Shown here: piece after piece, positions 9,564 through 18,512 of the stretch
How the letters are laid out: each line of letters begins with the position of its first letter
Numbering within the stretch: the stretch's first letter is position 1
DNA from: an uncultured bacterium
GTDB taxonomy: Bacteria > Krumholzibacteriota > Krumholzibacteriia > LZORAL124-64-63
Length of the DNA: 64,000 nt
Reading direction: 5' to 3'
Assembly: GCA_963727525.1 (NCBI GenBank)
Contig: CAVSGO010000003.1
Coordinates: 96,001 to 160,000, forward strand
Notes under the pieces: generated by a model
Told to the model about the DNA's origin: nothing
The model's database searches: none
The model's input: the letters and a program-made list of their open reading frames with translations, nothing else
Position numbers and translations under genes: made by a program

Positions 9564-10526
9564 ATGTGCAAGCCATTGTTTTGCTTGATGTTGGGTGTCG
9601 CTTTGACGGTCTCGCTGATGGGCCAGCCCGTCCTTGCCCAGGACGACAGCGGAGGCGATCTGCAGGGTCTGCTCGAACAGGTAGGGATGGAATACGCCCA
9701 GGCCTACATCGAACCGCTGGTGAATGGTTTCGGGGCCTGTCAGAATAGCGGCCTCTACACCTCGGCCCACATCCCCGTGGCCCGGCTGACGGTGGGCGTC
9801 TCCCTCAAGGTCATGGGGGCGCACATGAGCGCCGACGATCAGGTGTTCCACAGGGAGATCCACGTGGACAACCTGAATGACTATCTCGACCTCAATCCCG
9901 GCGACCCCGGCTACAACCAGTCCGGCACGATCGTGATGGAGGGGCCGACGGCCATCGGCGACGATTCGCGCCAGGGTACGATCACGGGTTATTACAACGG
10001 CGCCGCAGTGCCGTCGCCCACGGAAGGTATCGAGGGGCTCATCAACACGCGCTGGGTTCCGCTCGTGGCGCCCGAGGTGTCCGTGGGCGGCTACCTGGGC
10101 GCGCGGGCCACCGTGCGCTGGTTGCCGGAGATCGGCCTGGGCGACTACGGCAAGACCAAGTACCTCGGCTACGGCCTCCAGTGGAGCCCGAACCAGTACC
10201 TGCCGCGCCTGCCCGTGGACGTGATGGTGGGCTTCTTCAAGCAGCAGATAGATATCGGGACCATCGTCCAGACCGACGCCCACAGCATCTTCGCGGCTGC
10301 GAGCCGCGCCTTCGGCCCGGCGACCGTGTATGGTGGTTTCGCCGCCGAGAAGTCGTCGCTGGAGGTGGACTACATCGAAAAGGCCACCGACACCCACGTG
10401 AACTTCAAGGCCGACGGCAAGATGAAGTTCAGGACCACCCTCGGGGTGTCCCTGCACGTGATCTACGCCGAGGCGAGCTTCGGCTCGATGACCGTGTTCA
10501 GCGCCGGCGTCGGCTTCGGGTTGTAG
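9564..10526 (+). CDS. Secreted/outer-membrane protein, DUF6588-like
   Basis: Signal peptide, YIEPLVNGFG..NSGLY.SA motif, amphipathic beta-strands, ends AGVGFGL. Confidence 0.6.
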   Translation: MCKPLFCLMLGVALTVSLMGQPVLAQDDSGGDLQGLLEQVGMEYAQAYIEPLVNGFGACQNSGLYTSAHIPVARLTVGVSLKVMGAHMSADDQVFHREIHVDNLNDYLDLNPGDPGYNQSGTIVMEGPTAIGDDSRQGTITGYYNGAAVPSPTEGIEGLINTRWVPLVAPEVSVGGYLGARATVRWLPEIGLGDYGKTKYLGYGLQWSPNQYLPRLPVDVMVGFFKQQIDIGTIVQTDAHSIFAAASRAFGPATVYGGFAAEKSSLEVDYIEKATDTHVNFKADGKMKFRTTLGVSLHVIYAEASFGSMTVFSAGVGFGL

Positions 10527-10615
10527 CGCCGTCTTTTATGGCAAGACGACATCAAGACACTCAATGCCAATGAGTTAATAATGTCCAGGCATAATTGTAT
10601 ACGGTATACCGACCT

Positions 10616-12346
10616 CTACCTAAGCTCCACCGTTGCCGCCGTCCGGCCGCACTTCACGCCGTCGTAGGTCACGGTCACCTCGCCGTGGCCGCGCACGATC
10701 CACTCGGCCTCGCGGGCGGCGAAGCCGTCGAGGTGGGTATTGAGGCGCCAGGGGCGGTGTTCAGCCGGCATCACGGTGCCCAGGTACGGGTTCGCGAGCA
10801 GGCCGCCGCTGACGACCTCGACATCCTTGCCCGCGATGGCGAACCGGTCGGAGCGGGTGATGGTGTGGATGCGGGCCTGGGTGGAGAGCGTCGGGATGCC
10901 ACCGGCATTGGCGGCGCGGGCGCGGACACGCCAGAGGCCGCCGCCGAGCGACGTGACCGTGGGCACCGTCACCGTCACGTCCGGGAGCTGTGTGGCGGTC
11001 CAGATCGCGAACATGGCGTTACGGTGCAGGGTCTCGGGCAGCATCCAGCCGGGCGTCATGCGGGTGGTGAAGGGGCGCCAGCCGCCGATCTCGATGTCGC
11101 CGAACTGGGGATGATGGAACGGGTGCCAGTCCTCGAACATCTCGCCGGCCATGAGGTGGTCGTTGAAATCCTGGCGCTCCTCGTAGCCCGGGTGACGCGA
11201 CCACAACGTGTCGTCGGGGCCGTTGGGATCGTCGCGGCGGCCGCGGTAGGCCACCTCGCTGCTCATCGTCAGCTCGTCGGTGAAGCCCATCACGCCCCAC
11301 ACCGCGTACATGAACTCGTCGAAGTCGCCGCTCGTGGAGTAGAGGTCCTGGCCGGAGATCAGGTAGCGGTAGCCGGGCACGGTGCGCTCGCCCTCGCGGC
11401 CGAGCCAGTCCCACACGGCGATGTCCTGCGGCGCGTAGGTGGGTGAGCGGTCGTTGCTGGGGCCGCGCAGGAACTGGCCGCCGTAGTTGTGCAACGTGAA
11501 GGCGAAGCCGATGTTCTCGTGGGCGGTGATGAAGTCGCTGATCGCGCGCACGTTGCTCGCGCTCATCGGGAAGTCGCCGCTGCCCGATTGGACGTAGGGC
11601 GGTTGCCAGCCCGCGCCCCAGTTGCGGTTCATGTCGAGGTAGCCGGGGCCGTCCTCGTTCACCTGGCCATCGCCGTCATTGTCGATGCCCTCGAGGCCCA
11701 GGCGTGTCCACTCGCCCGTCTCGCCCGGCTCCACGCGGAGCATGACGCGCGGGTCGTCGGGCGACGTGCGCCACTGGCCGTTGGGGTCGTGGATGCGCAT
11801 CACCAGGATCATGCCGTCGCCATCGAGATCCTCGGGGCCGTCCTCGTCGAGGAGGCCGTCGTAGTCGTCGTCGTAGGGCACCCGCGCGGTGCGGCCGATC
11901 TGGAAGTTGCCCGGGTCGCTGAAGAAGCGGGCGCGGCCGTCCACGTTCACCGTGGGCACGACGTAGAAGACCACCCGGTCGACGAGTTTCGTGATGCGAG
12001 ACCAGTCGTCGTACCTGTCGAGCAGCAGCCATGCCGTATAGAGGCACACTTCCGTGGCCTGGATCTCGTTGCCGTGGATGGCGCCGTCGAGGTAGAGCGC
12101 GGGTTTGCTCAGCACGTCGCCGGTCTTGCGATTGGCGATCGTCAGACACCATACATCTCGGTTCTCGGCCGACTTGCCGAGCGACTCCAGGTCGGTGAGG
12201 TCGGGGTATGCCGCGTGGAGCTGCTTCAGCGTTGCGGTGACCTCGTCCTGGTCGAAGTAGTGGTCCCAGGCGGGGTGGGGGGCGTCGGCGGCGCGCGCCA
12301 GGGACGCGCACGCGAGCGATGCCAGCAGGATCAGGCGCACCCTCAT
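10616..12346 (-). CDS. Secreted M14 zinc carboxypeptidase with acidic DxDxDG insert (predicted active)
   Basis: Signal peptide; IHGNE (HxxE), PTVNVDG, MNRNW, TLHNYG, FTDEL; DDDYDG/DLDGDG/DNDGDG loops. Confidence 0.9.
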   Translation of the reverse strand: MRVRLILLASLACASLARAADAPHPAWDHYFDQDEVTATLKQLHAAYPDLTDLESLGKSAENRDVWCLTIANRKTGDVLSKPALYLDGAIHGNEIQATEVCLYTAWLLLDRYDDWSRITKLVDRVVFYVVPTVNVDGRARFFSDPGNFQIGRTARVPYDDDYDGLLDEDGPEDLDGDGMILVMRIHDPNGQWRTSPDDPRVMLRVEPGETGEWTRLGLEGIDNDGDGQVNEDGPGYLDMNRNWGAGWQPPYVQSGSGDFPMSASNVRAISDFITAHENIGFAFTLHNYGGQFLRGPSNDRSPTYAPQDIAVWDWLGREGERTVPGYRYLISGQDLYSTSGDFDEFMYAVWGVMGFTDELTMSSEVAYRGRRDDPNGPDDTLWSRHPGYEERQDFNDHLMAGEMFEDWHPFHHPQFGDIEIGGWRPFTTRMTPGWMLPETLHRNAMFAIWTATQLPDVTVTVPTVTSLGGGLWRVRARAANAGGIPTLSTQARIHTITRSDRFAIAGKDVEVVSGGLLANPYLGTVMPAEHRPWRLNTHLDGFAAREAEWIVRGHGEVTVTYDGVKCGRTAATVELR

Positions 12347-14151
12347 CGTTTCTCTCCTGTCCGGGTGAGCGCCGCGATGCCGGTCGCCTCGCCCAGGCTC
12401 GGTGCCGACGCCGTCACGGAGACCCGCGCACCCGGCTCACCGCGAACCACCCAGCGCACACGCGCGGCGTCGTGGGCCGGAAGCTGGACCACGGTGCGGC
12501 GCGCGGTCGTCGCCAGGGGCGTGGCGCCGGTCAGGGTCACCACCAGGGGGGGCGGCCGGCGGCACACGGCGCCCTGGGCGGTGGGGTAGGGCACGGGGCC
12601 GTCGTTGGCGACGAACGCCGTCACGGCGAAGGTCCCGGCCGCCAGGGGTTCCACCTGCACGGTGACGTCGCCGAGCACGGGCCGCCAGCGCGCCAGGTCG
12701 AGCAGAGCGGGAAGCTGAGCGGCCACGATCGAGTCGGCCAGGGCGGGGGGCGGCGTGCGGCGCGCGCCTGGTTCGGGGCCGCCCACGAGGGCCGACGTGC
12801 CGTCGGGCAGCGTCACGTCCTGCCAGGGGCGCCAGCCCGCACCGCCGTGCCGTGCGGCGAAGGAGCGCAGCGCCGCCATCTCGTTCTGGGCGGGCGTCAG
12901 CGTGCTGTCCAGCGCCGTGGAATCGGGCAACGGGCACGACCACGGATTCACCGCGAAGGCCGGCACGCCGAACTGGTAGTACGCCCACTCGGCCACCGAT
13001 CCCGGTGGCAGCGCCGGCGTGCCGAGGCTCGGGCCGGCGAGGCCCGCGGTCCGCAGGGCTTGCTGGTAGGAGCTGGAGGCTTCGTGCCACCAGACGAGAT
13101 CGCCGGGATCGGGGTACTCCCGCGGCCCCAGATCGAGCAGGCCGCGCACGCGTTGCGGCGGGTAGTCGGGCACCCGGGCCTCGCGTGCCGCGGCGAGCAC
13201 GAAGTCCAGGGGGTACGCCGTCTTGCGGTCGAGCGAGAGCGCGGCCGCCACGCGCGGCGGCAGCATCACCGGTTGATGGCCGCTGGGCGGCGACGGATCC
13301 GGCGCGGGTACGGTGCGTAGGTTGTCGTGCGCGCCAAGCACGATCACGAGGGCGATCTCCGGGTGGGCGAAGGCGTAGGTGAGCACCGCGCGGCTCTCGG
13401 GCTGATCGGCAGGCCAGCGTCCGCCCGCATCCGTCCAGGCCGCGAACCGATGCGGGAAGTTGCGGTCGGGCACCACGCCGCCGGGCGCGTCCTCGTTGGC
13501 GAGGCCGTCGCCGTCGTCGTCGCGACCCTCGATCTCGCGTCGGTAACGCCCGCGCTCGCCGCGTGCCGACGCCGCCTCGCGCGGGAGCTGCGTGACCGGG
13601 TCGACGAGCCAGGTGCCGGTCGGGTCGGCGACGAGCATCGTGGTCACGAGGCCATCGCCGTCGAGATCGTCGGGCGGGTCCTCGCCCTCGGCCCCGTCGC
13701 GGTCGTCGTCCACGGCGGTGCGGTTGCGGCCGTCGACAAGGCGCGGGCGGGCGAAGAAGCGGTCATATCCGTCGGGATCGGCCAGGGGCAGGATGGCCCA
13801 GCGCACGGCCGCGGCCGGTCCCTCGCGGGCGGCGAACACGGCCGCGGCGAGGTCCACCGCCGTGAGCGACGCCAGCGGGTCCGTGCCGCCGGGATCCCCC
13901 ACCACGAGCACGGTGGCCGGGTCGGGGGTGGCCACCGCCGGTTCGATGGTGATCATGCGCAGCTTCTGCCCGCCGGCGGAGAAGCCGATCTCGGCGACGG
14001 CGCCGCGGTCGTCGCGTGCCAGCGTGAGCAGGCGTCCCATGAGTTCGCGCCCGTCGGGATAGGCGCTGCGAGGCGTGGCCCCAGCGCGGGGCGATACGAG
14101 GCAGAGCCCCAGCAACAGGGACACGACGGTCGACGGACCAGGACGGCGCAT
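12343..14151 (-). CDS. Secreted M14-fold paralogue lacking zinc ligands (pseudo-peptidase)
   Basis: Collinear with its neighbour (PLADPDG, DDDRDG, DLDGDG, DRNFP, QPESRA), but HGNE is replaced by GGTD, LHNY by LGAH and the catalytic E region by VNP. ATGA overlap with the downstream gene. Confidence 0.75.
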   Translation of the reverse strand: MRRPGPSTVVSLLLGLCLVSPRAGATPRSAYPDGRELMGRLLTLARDDRGAVAEIGFSAGGQKLRMITIEPAVATPDPATVLVVGDPGGTDPLASLTAVDLAAAVFAAREGPAAAVRWAILPLADPDGYDRFFARPRLVDGRNRTAVDDDRDGAEGEDPPDDLDGDGLVTTMLVADPTGTWLVDPVTQLPREAASARGERGRYRREIEGRDDDGDGLANEDAPGGVVPDRNFPHRFAAWTDAGGRWPADQPESRAVLTYAFAHPEIALVIVLGAHDNLRTVPAPDPSPPSGHQPVMLPPRVAAALSLDRKTAYPLDFVLAAAREARVPDYPPQRVRGLLDLGPREYPDPGDLVWWHEASSSYQQALRTAGLAGPSLGTPALPPGSVAEWAYYQFGVPAFAVNPWSCPLPDSTALDSTLTPAQNEMAALRSFAARHGGAGWRPWQDVTLPDGTSALVGGPEPGARRTPPPALADSIVAAQLPALLDLARWRPVLGDVTVQVEPLAAGTFAVTAFVANDGPVPYPTAQGAVCRRPPPLVVTLTGATPLATTARRTVVQLPAHDAARVRWVVRGEPGARVSVTASAPSLGEATGIAALTRTGEKR

Positions 14152-14349
14152 CAGGCGGACCTCGCGGGTGCGGGTGACGGGACGGCGACATCGATCATAC
14201 GGGACGCGAGGAAGGCAGGACAAGCTTTGCTCCTTGTGCAGCATCGCTTATGATGAGCACGCCCGCGAAGCGAGGTCCCCTGATCATGCCCATCGAGCAT
14301 GTCCGTTTGCGGCGATCCGGCGGTCCGGCAATCAGCGAGGATGGCGACG

Positions 14350-15060
14350 ATGACGCACCGAAGGCCGATCGCTCTGGCGCCGCTGGTCGTGAAGACCCTG
14401 CTCGCGACAGCCGTGTTCTTGCCGCCCCTGCTCCTGCCGCCCCTGGCGTGCGCGGTGCCGCTCGGTGGCATGGCGAACACGCTGCCGGATACGCTCTCGG
14501 GCGAGCCCGGTAGCGAGGTGATGATCGAGGGCGGTCTGGTCCTGCCTCGCGGGGATCTCGCGGCCGACTTCGAGAGCACGGTGCGGGGATTCGGTGCCCG
14601 TTCCGGCTACCTCGTGGGTGTGCGCTACCGATGGTTCCTCTCCGACGCGGTCGCCATCTCGCCATCGTTCCGGTACATCCGGTACGGCGCCTTCGAGGGT
14701 CTCGTCGACGGTGAGGTGTCGTACAAGATATCGACACGCTCGATCGCCTACATGGTCGATGCCTACTACCACGCCACCGGCAAGCCCCGTCAGGTGCGTC
14801 CGTTCATCGGAGTGGGGGCCGGCGTCGTGCGCAACACCTACACCGAGGACGACCTCGGCACGAAGACCCGTTACGAGGCGTCCGTCAATGCGCTGTGTCT
14901 GCGCACCACCGTCGGCATGCGTGTGCGCGAGCTGTCGCTGAGCCTGGTGATGACGTTCAATCGCTTCCACACGCCGCGCTTCTTCTTCACCGGCGATGCG
15001 GTCGACTACCGCTGGGACAGCATCGCCATCGTCGCCGGCTACTCCCTGCCGCCGTTCTGA
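14350..15060 (+). CDS. Outer-membrane beta-barrel protein (OMP_b-brl-like)
   Basis: Signal-like N-terminus, alternating beta-strands, VRPFIGVGAG, terminal Phe. Start uncertain (14341 or 14350). Confidence 0.7.
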   Translation: MTHRRPIALAPLVVKTLLATAVFLPPLLLPPLACAVPLGGMANTLPDTLSGEPGSEVMIEGGLVLPRGDLAADFESTVRGFGARSGYLVGVRYRWFLSDAVAISPSFRYIRYGAFEGLVDGEVSYKISTRSIAYMVDAYYHATGKPRQVRPFIGVGAGVVRNTYTEDDLGTKTRYEASVNALCLRTTVGMRVRELSLSLVMTFNRFHTPRFFFTGDAVDYRWDSIAIVAGYSLPPF

Positions 15061-15080
15061 TCGTGCCCGCAGGCACGACG

Positions 15081-15107
15081 AGGGCCGCCCCCGCTGGGGA
15101 CGGCCCT
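15081..15107. terminator. GC-rich hairpin between convergent genes
   Basis: AGGGCCGCCCC-CGCT-GGGGACGGCCCT. Confidence 0.55.
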
Positions 15108-15129
15108 GTCTCAATCCGCCAGGAACTGG

Positions 15130-15492
15130 CTACATGATGATCGGCTTGCCTGGCGTACCCGGAGGACCGAGGTCCGGCGTGTACGAGTCGGACTGCGGCG
15201 AGTAGGGACCCTGTCGGTCCTGGGCATCCACGCCAGCCACACGTACGGTGTACGTGGAGCCGACGGTGAGTGTCAGGGTGATGCTGGTCGTGTTGGTGGT
15301 ACCTGCATTGCCGAACGCTCCACCGTCGATGGAGATTTGCACGACGTAGTGATCCACGGGAGATCCCGTGCTGGGCGGAGACCAGGAGGCCGTCGCTTGC
15401 ACGGTCGTCTGTGCGGCTGCGGGCAAGGGACCCATCAGCAACATCATGAGAGCCAGGCCGGCGGCGATGGGGAGCGAGATGTGTTTGCGCAT
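15130..15492 (-). CDS. Small secreted fibronectin type III domain protein
   Basis: Signal peptide ending AAA-Q; ASWSPP, HYVVQ, LTVGSTYTVRVAGVD, GPYS. Confidence 0.82.
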   Translation of the reverse strand: MRKHISLPIAAGLALMMLLMGPLPAAAQTTVQATASWSPPSTGSPVDHYVVQISIDGGAFGNAGTTNTTSITLTLTVGSTYTVRVAGVDAQDRQGPYSPQSDSYTPDLGPPGTPGKPIIM

Positions 15493-15579
15493 TGTGCTCC
15501 GGTCCTTGACTGCGGTTGGTGTCCCGAGGTTGGCCGGCGCCTGGCGAGTGCCCATTGCCAGCTGTGATTGCCCCCGAAC

Positions 15580-15595
15580 TGCAAGCTCGGTGCCA
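15580..15595 (-). promoter_or_regulatory. Sigma54 (-24/-12) promoter of the FN3 gene
   Basis: Minus strand TGGCAC-CGAGC-TTGCA with exact GG-N10-GC spacing, 88 bp upstream of the ATG, with an AT-rich IHF-like tract further upstream. Confidence 0.8.
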
Positions 15596-15882
15596 TAAGG
15601 GCATCATTAGCGGCAACGGCTTCTGAAAAAATGCAATACGTTGACTGGTAACACGTTGGATGAATGCGCGGGGCCACCGAAATCGATGCTCGCGTTCAAT
15701 CGCGGCAATTCGCCCGACGCCACCGGCAACGCTGCACGACCGCCTGGCGTGATCGGTCGCAGATGGCCATGGTCGCCTGGCGGGATTTGCCTGACGCAAC
15801 GTCGTGACGTTTCATAGTGGGCGGTCTATCGGTCGCGGCCGGTGTCGCGCCGCCCATTCGAAGTCCCCAGCGAGGAGTCACC

Positions 15883-16422
15883 ATGAACGCCGACGTGCGC
15901 AAGCTCTGGCCCGAGCTCGAGTGGATCACCGACGACACGCTGCGCGAGGCCACGGCCCGGACCTGGGAGCTGGCGCTCGAACGCAGCCCGCTCGGCGCCG
16001 CGGATCTCGAGCGTATCCCTTTCACCCTGCTCGTCCCGGATTGCCCCGTGAGCTTCATGGCGCACAAGCGCCTGGTCGTGCACGTCTCGCGGGACGCCGC
16101 CGTGAAGATGCAGGAGTTCCTGGGCGACGCTCTGCCGCTGGACCTCGACACCGTGATCGCCGGTGCCATCCTCGCCGACGTGGGTAAGTTGCTCGAGTAC
16201 GCCGACCAGGGCGGCAAGACGGTGAAGAGCGACACGGGCAAGTACCTGCGGCACCCGTTCACCGGGGTGGCCCTGGCCATGGAAGCCGGTGTACCCGACC
16301 GCGTGTGCCACATCATCGCGGCCCATGCCGGCGAGGGTGATCTCGTCACGCGCAGCGCCGAGGCCTATGTGGTGCACCATGCCGACTTCATGACGTTTCT
16401 GCCGTTCAAGCATCGGTTCTAG
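15883..16422 (+). CDS. HD/HDIG-domain phosphohydrolase-like protein
   Basis: GAGGAG RBS; PFTLL, AHKRLV, AGAILADVGKLLEY, RHPFTG, HIIAAH, VHHAD. Confidence 0.8.
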   Translation: MNADVRKLWPELEWITDDTLREATARTWELALERSPLGAADLERIPFTLLVPDCPVSFMAHKRLVVHVSRDAAVKMQEFLGDALPLDLDTVIAGAILADVGKLLEYADQGGKTVKSDTGKYLRHPFTGVALAMEAGVPDRVCHIIAAHAGEGDLVTRSAEAYVVHHADFMTFLPFKHRF

Positions 16423-16561
16423 CGCGAGAGGCCGCGGCCCCCCGCGCGGCGATTCGAGCTTGGCCGATCCCGCAAGTTACGTTACATAGTCGCACAAGTG
16501 CGGCTAGCGAGCGCTCCCTGCAGGCGGGCGCGGGACCCATACACGCCAGGAGGAACGGACG

Positions 16562-16792
16562 ATGGCTGACGCGACCAGCAAGGTTCCGGGAAACGCAGAG
16601 GGCAGCTTCTACGTCGACACCAACTGCATCGACTGCGACCTCTGCCGGCAGACGGCGCCCGAAAACTTCGATCGTAACGAGGACGAGGGCTACAGCTTCG
16701 TGAAGAAGCAGCCGGAATCGGAGGAGGAGGAGCAGGCTTGCCGCGACGCTCTGGAGGAGTGCCCGGTAGAGGCGATCGGCGACGACGGCTAG
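16562..16792 (+). CDS. Ferredoxin (single 4Fe-4S cluster)
   Basis: CIDCDLC...CPVEAI; AGGAGG RBS. Confidence 0.92.
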   Translation: MADATSKVPGNAEGSFYVDTNCIDCDLCRQTAPENFDRNEDEGYSFVKKQPESEEEEQACRDALEECPVEAIGDDG

Positions 16793-16838
16793 GACGCGCT
16801 ACCCTGAGTGGCGAGACCGCCGCCCGCGAGAACACGGC

Positions 16839-16869
16839 GCCGGGGCCCGGGGGTCCCGGCTTCGTCATT
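16839..16869 (+). terminator. Putative intrinsic terminator after ferredoxin
   Basis: GCCGGGGCCC/GGGTCCCGGC stem followed by TTCGTCATT. Confidence 0.5.
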
Positions 16870-17010
16870 CCGGGGGAACTTCCGGACAGGCGTGGCGTTC
16901 GAACGCCCGTCGCGGCGCCGACCACCCGCAGGTGCGGGGGCAGCCGCATCGGCCGGCCGGACCCAATCCCCTGACCGGCGACCGTTAGGAAGACGAGAGG
17001 TGAGGACAAG

Positions 17011-18480
17011 ATGAAAACAAAATCGCTACTCTGGGGCGTCTTGCTCGTGACGGCCGGATTCGTGGGCGGCCTGGCATTGACCTCGAGCCTGGGTTCGCAC
17101 GCCGTGCACACCCCGCTCGCGGCCCCTACCGCCATCGCGGCCCCCTCGGTGTCCAGTGACATGATGAATGCGGCCGACGTGTCGGCCATGGCCATGCCTG
17201 CCGTGGTGAACATCTCGACGGACAAGGTCACCGACATGAGCGAGCAGCATCCCTTCATGAACGACCCGTTCTTTCGCCGCTTCTTCGACGTTCCCAACGG
17301 CAACACGGAGCGCATCGAGCGCAGTCTGGGCTCGGGCGTCGTCATCAGTGCCGACGGTTACATCCTGACCAACAACCACGTCATCGACAAGGCGCAGAAG
17401 ATCAAGGTCAGCTTCAACAACAACGAGGAACACGAAGCCAAGCTGATCGGTGCGGATCCGCAGAGCGACATCGCCGTCGTCAAGATCGATGCCAAGGATC
17501 TGCCGTTCATCAAGTTCGGCAACAGCGACGAAGTGCGCGTGGGCGACACCGTGCTGGCCATCGGCAATCCCTTCGGTGTGGGCCAGACCGTCACCAAGGG
17601 CATCTGCAGCGCGAAGGGTCGCAGCATCGGTCTCATCGACTACGAGGACCTGATCCAGACCGATGCCACGATCAATCCCGGCAATTCCGGTGGTGCGCTC
17701 GTGAACATGCATGGCGAGCTGGTGGGTATGAACACCGCCATCCTCAGCCGCTCCGGCGGCAGCCAGGGCATCGGCTTCGCCGTGCCGAGCAACATGGCCA
17801 AGCACATCAGCGAGCTGCTGCGCGACAAGGGCGAGGTGCAGCGCGCGTGGCTCGGCGTGAACGTGCAGGACGTGAACCAGGCCATGTCTGACTACTACGG
17901 CCTCGACCGTCCGCGCGGCGTGGTGGTGTCCAAGGTGAACGACGACACGCCGGCCGCGAAGGCGGGCATGAAGGAAGGTGACGTCATCCTGTCCGTCGAC
18001 GGCAAGAATGTGGCGAACGTGTCGCAGCTCCGTAATCGCATCTCGCTGCTGCCCGTCGACAAGGCCGTCGACCTGAGCATTCTGCGTGACGGCAAGGAGA
18101 AGACGCTGTCGGTGAAGCTGGCGGCCATGCCTTCGCAGGAGGAACTGGCGTCCAATTCGCCCACTCTCAACAGCGGCGACGACGAGAGCGGTATCGACGG
18201 CGTGTCGGTGCACGCGCTCACCGACGACATGCGTATGCGCTCGCAGCTCCCGCACGATGTCGACGGCGTGCTGGTGCTCGACGTGAAGCAGTCCAGCAAT
18301 GCCGGCGACGCCGGCCTCGCGCGTGGCGACGTGATCGTGTCGGTCAACAACAAGCCGGTCACCTCGATCGAGGACTACCGCAACGCGGTCAACTCCGACA
18401 AGGACAAGCCCCTGCTCGTGCGCGTGTTCCGCATGACACGCAACGGGGGTGGACAGGTGTTCATCGCGATTCCGCGGTAG
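17011..18480 (+). CDS. degP: DegP/DegQ (Do-family) serine endoprotease with two PDZ domains
   Basis: SLGSGV, LTNNHVI, SDIAV, IQTDATINPGNSGG and two PDZ domains. Confidence 0.93.
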   Translation: MKTKSLLWGVLLVTAGFVGGLALTSSLGSHAVHTPLAAPTAIAAPSVSSDMMNAADVSAMAMPAVVNISTDKVTDMSEQHPFMNDPFFRRFFDVPNGNTERIERSLGSGVVISADGYILTNNHVIDKAQKIKVSFNNNEEHEAKLIGADPQSDIAVVKIDAKDLPFIKFGNSDEVRVGDTVLAIGNPFGVGQTVTKGICSAKGRSIGLIDYEDLIQTDATINPGNSGGALVNMHGELVGMNTAILSRSGGSQGIGFAVPSNMAKHISELLRDKGEVQRAWLGVNVQDVNQAMSDYYGLDRPRGVVVSKVNDDTPAAKAGMKEGDVILSVDGKNVANVSQLRNRISLLPVDKAVDLSILRDGKEKTLSVKLAAMPSQEELASNSPTLNSGDDESGIDGVSVHALTDDMRMRSQLPHDVDGVLVLDVKQSSNAGDAGLARGDVIVSVNNKPVTSIEDYRNAVNSDKDKPLLVRVFRMTRNGGGQVFIAIPR

Positions 18481-18512
18481 CGCGGCGCGCGACGATCTCG
18501 TATCGTCCGTTC

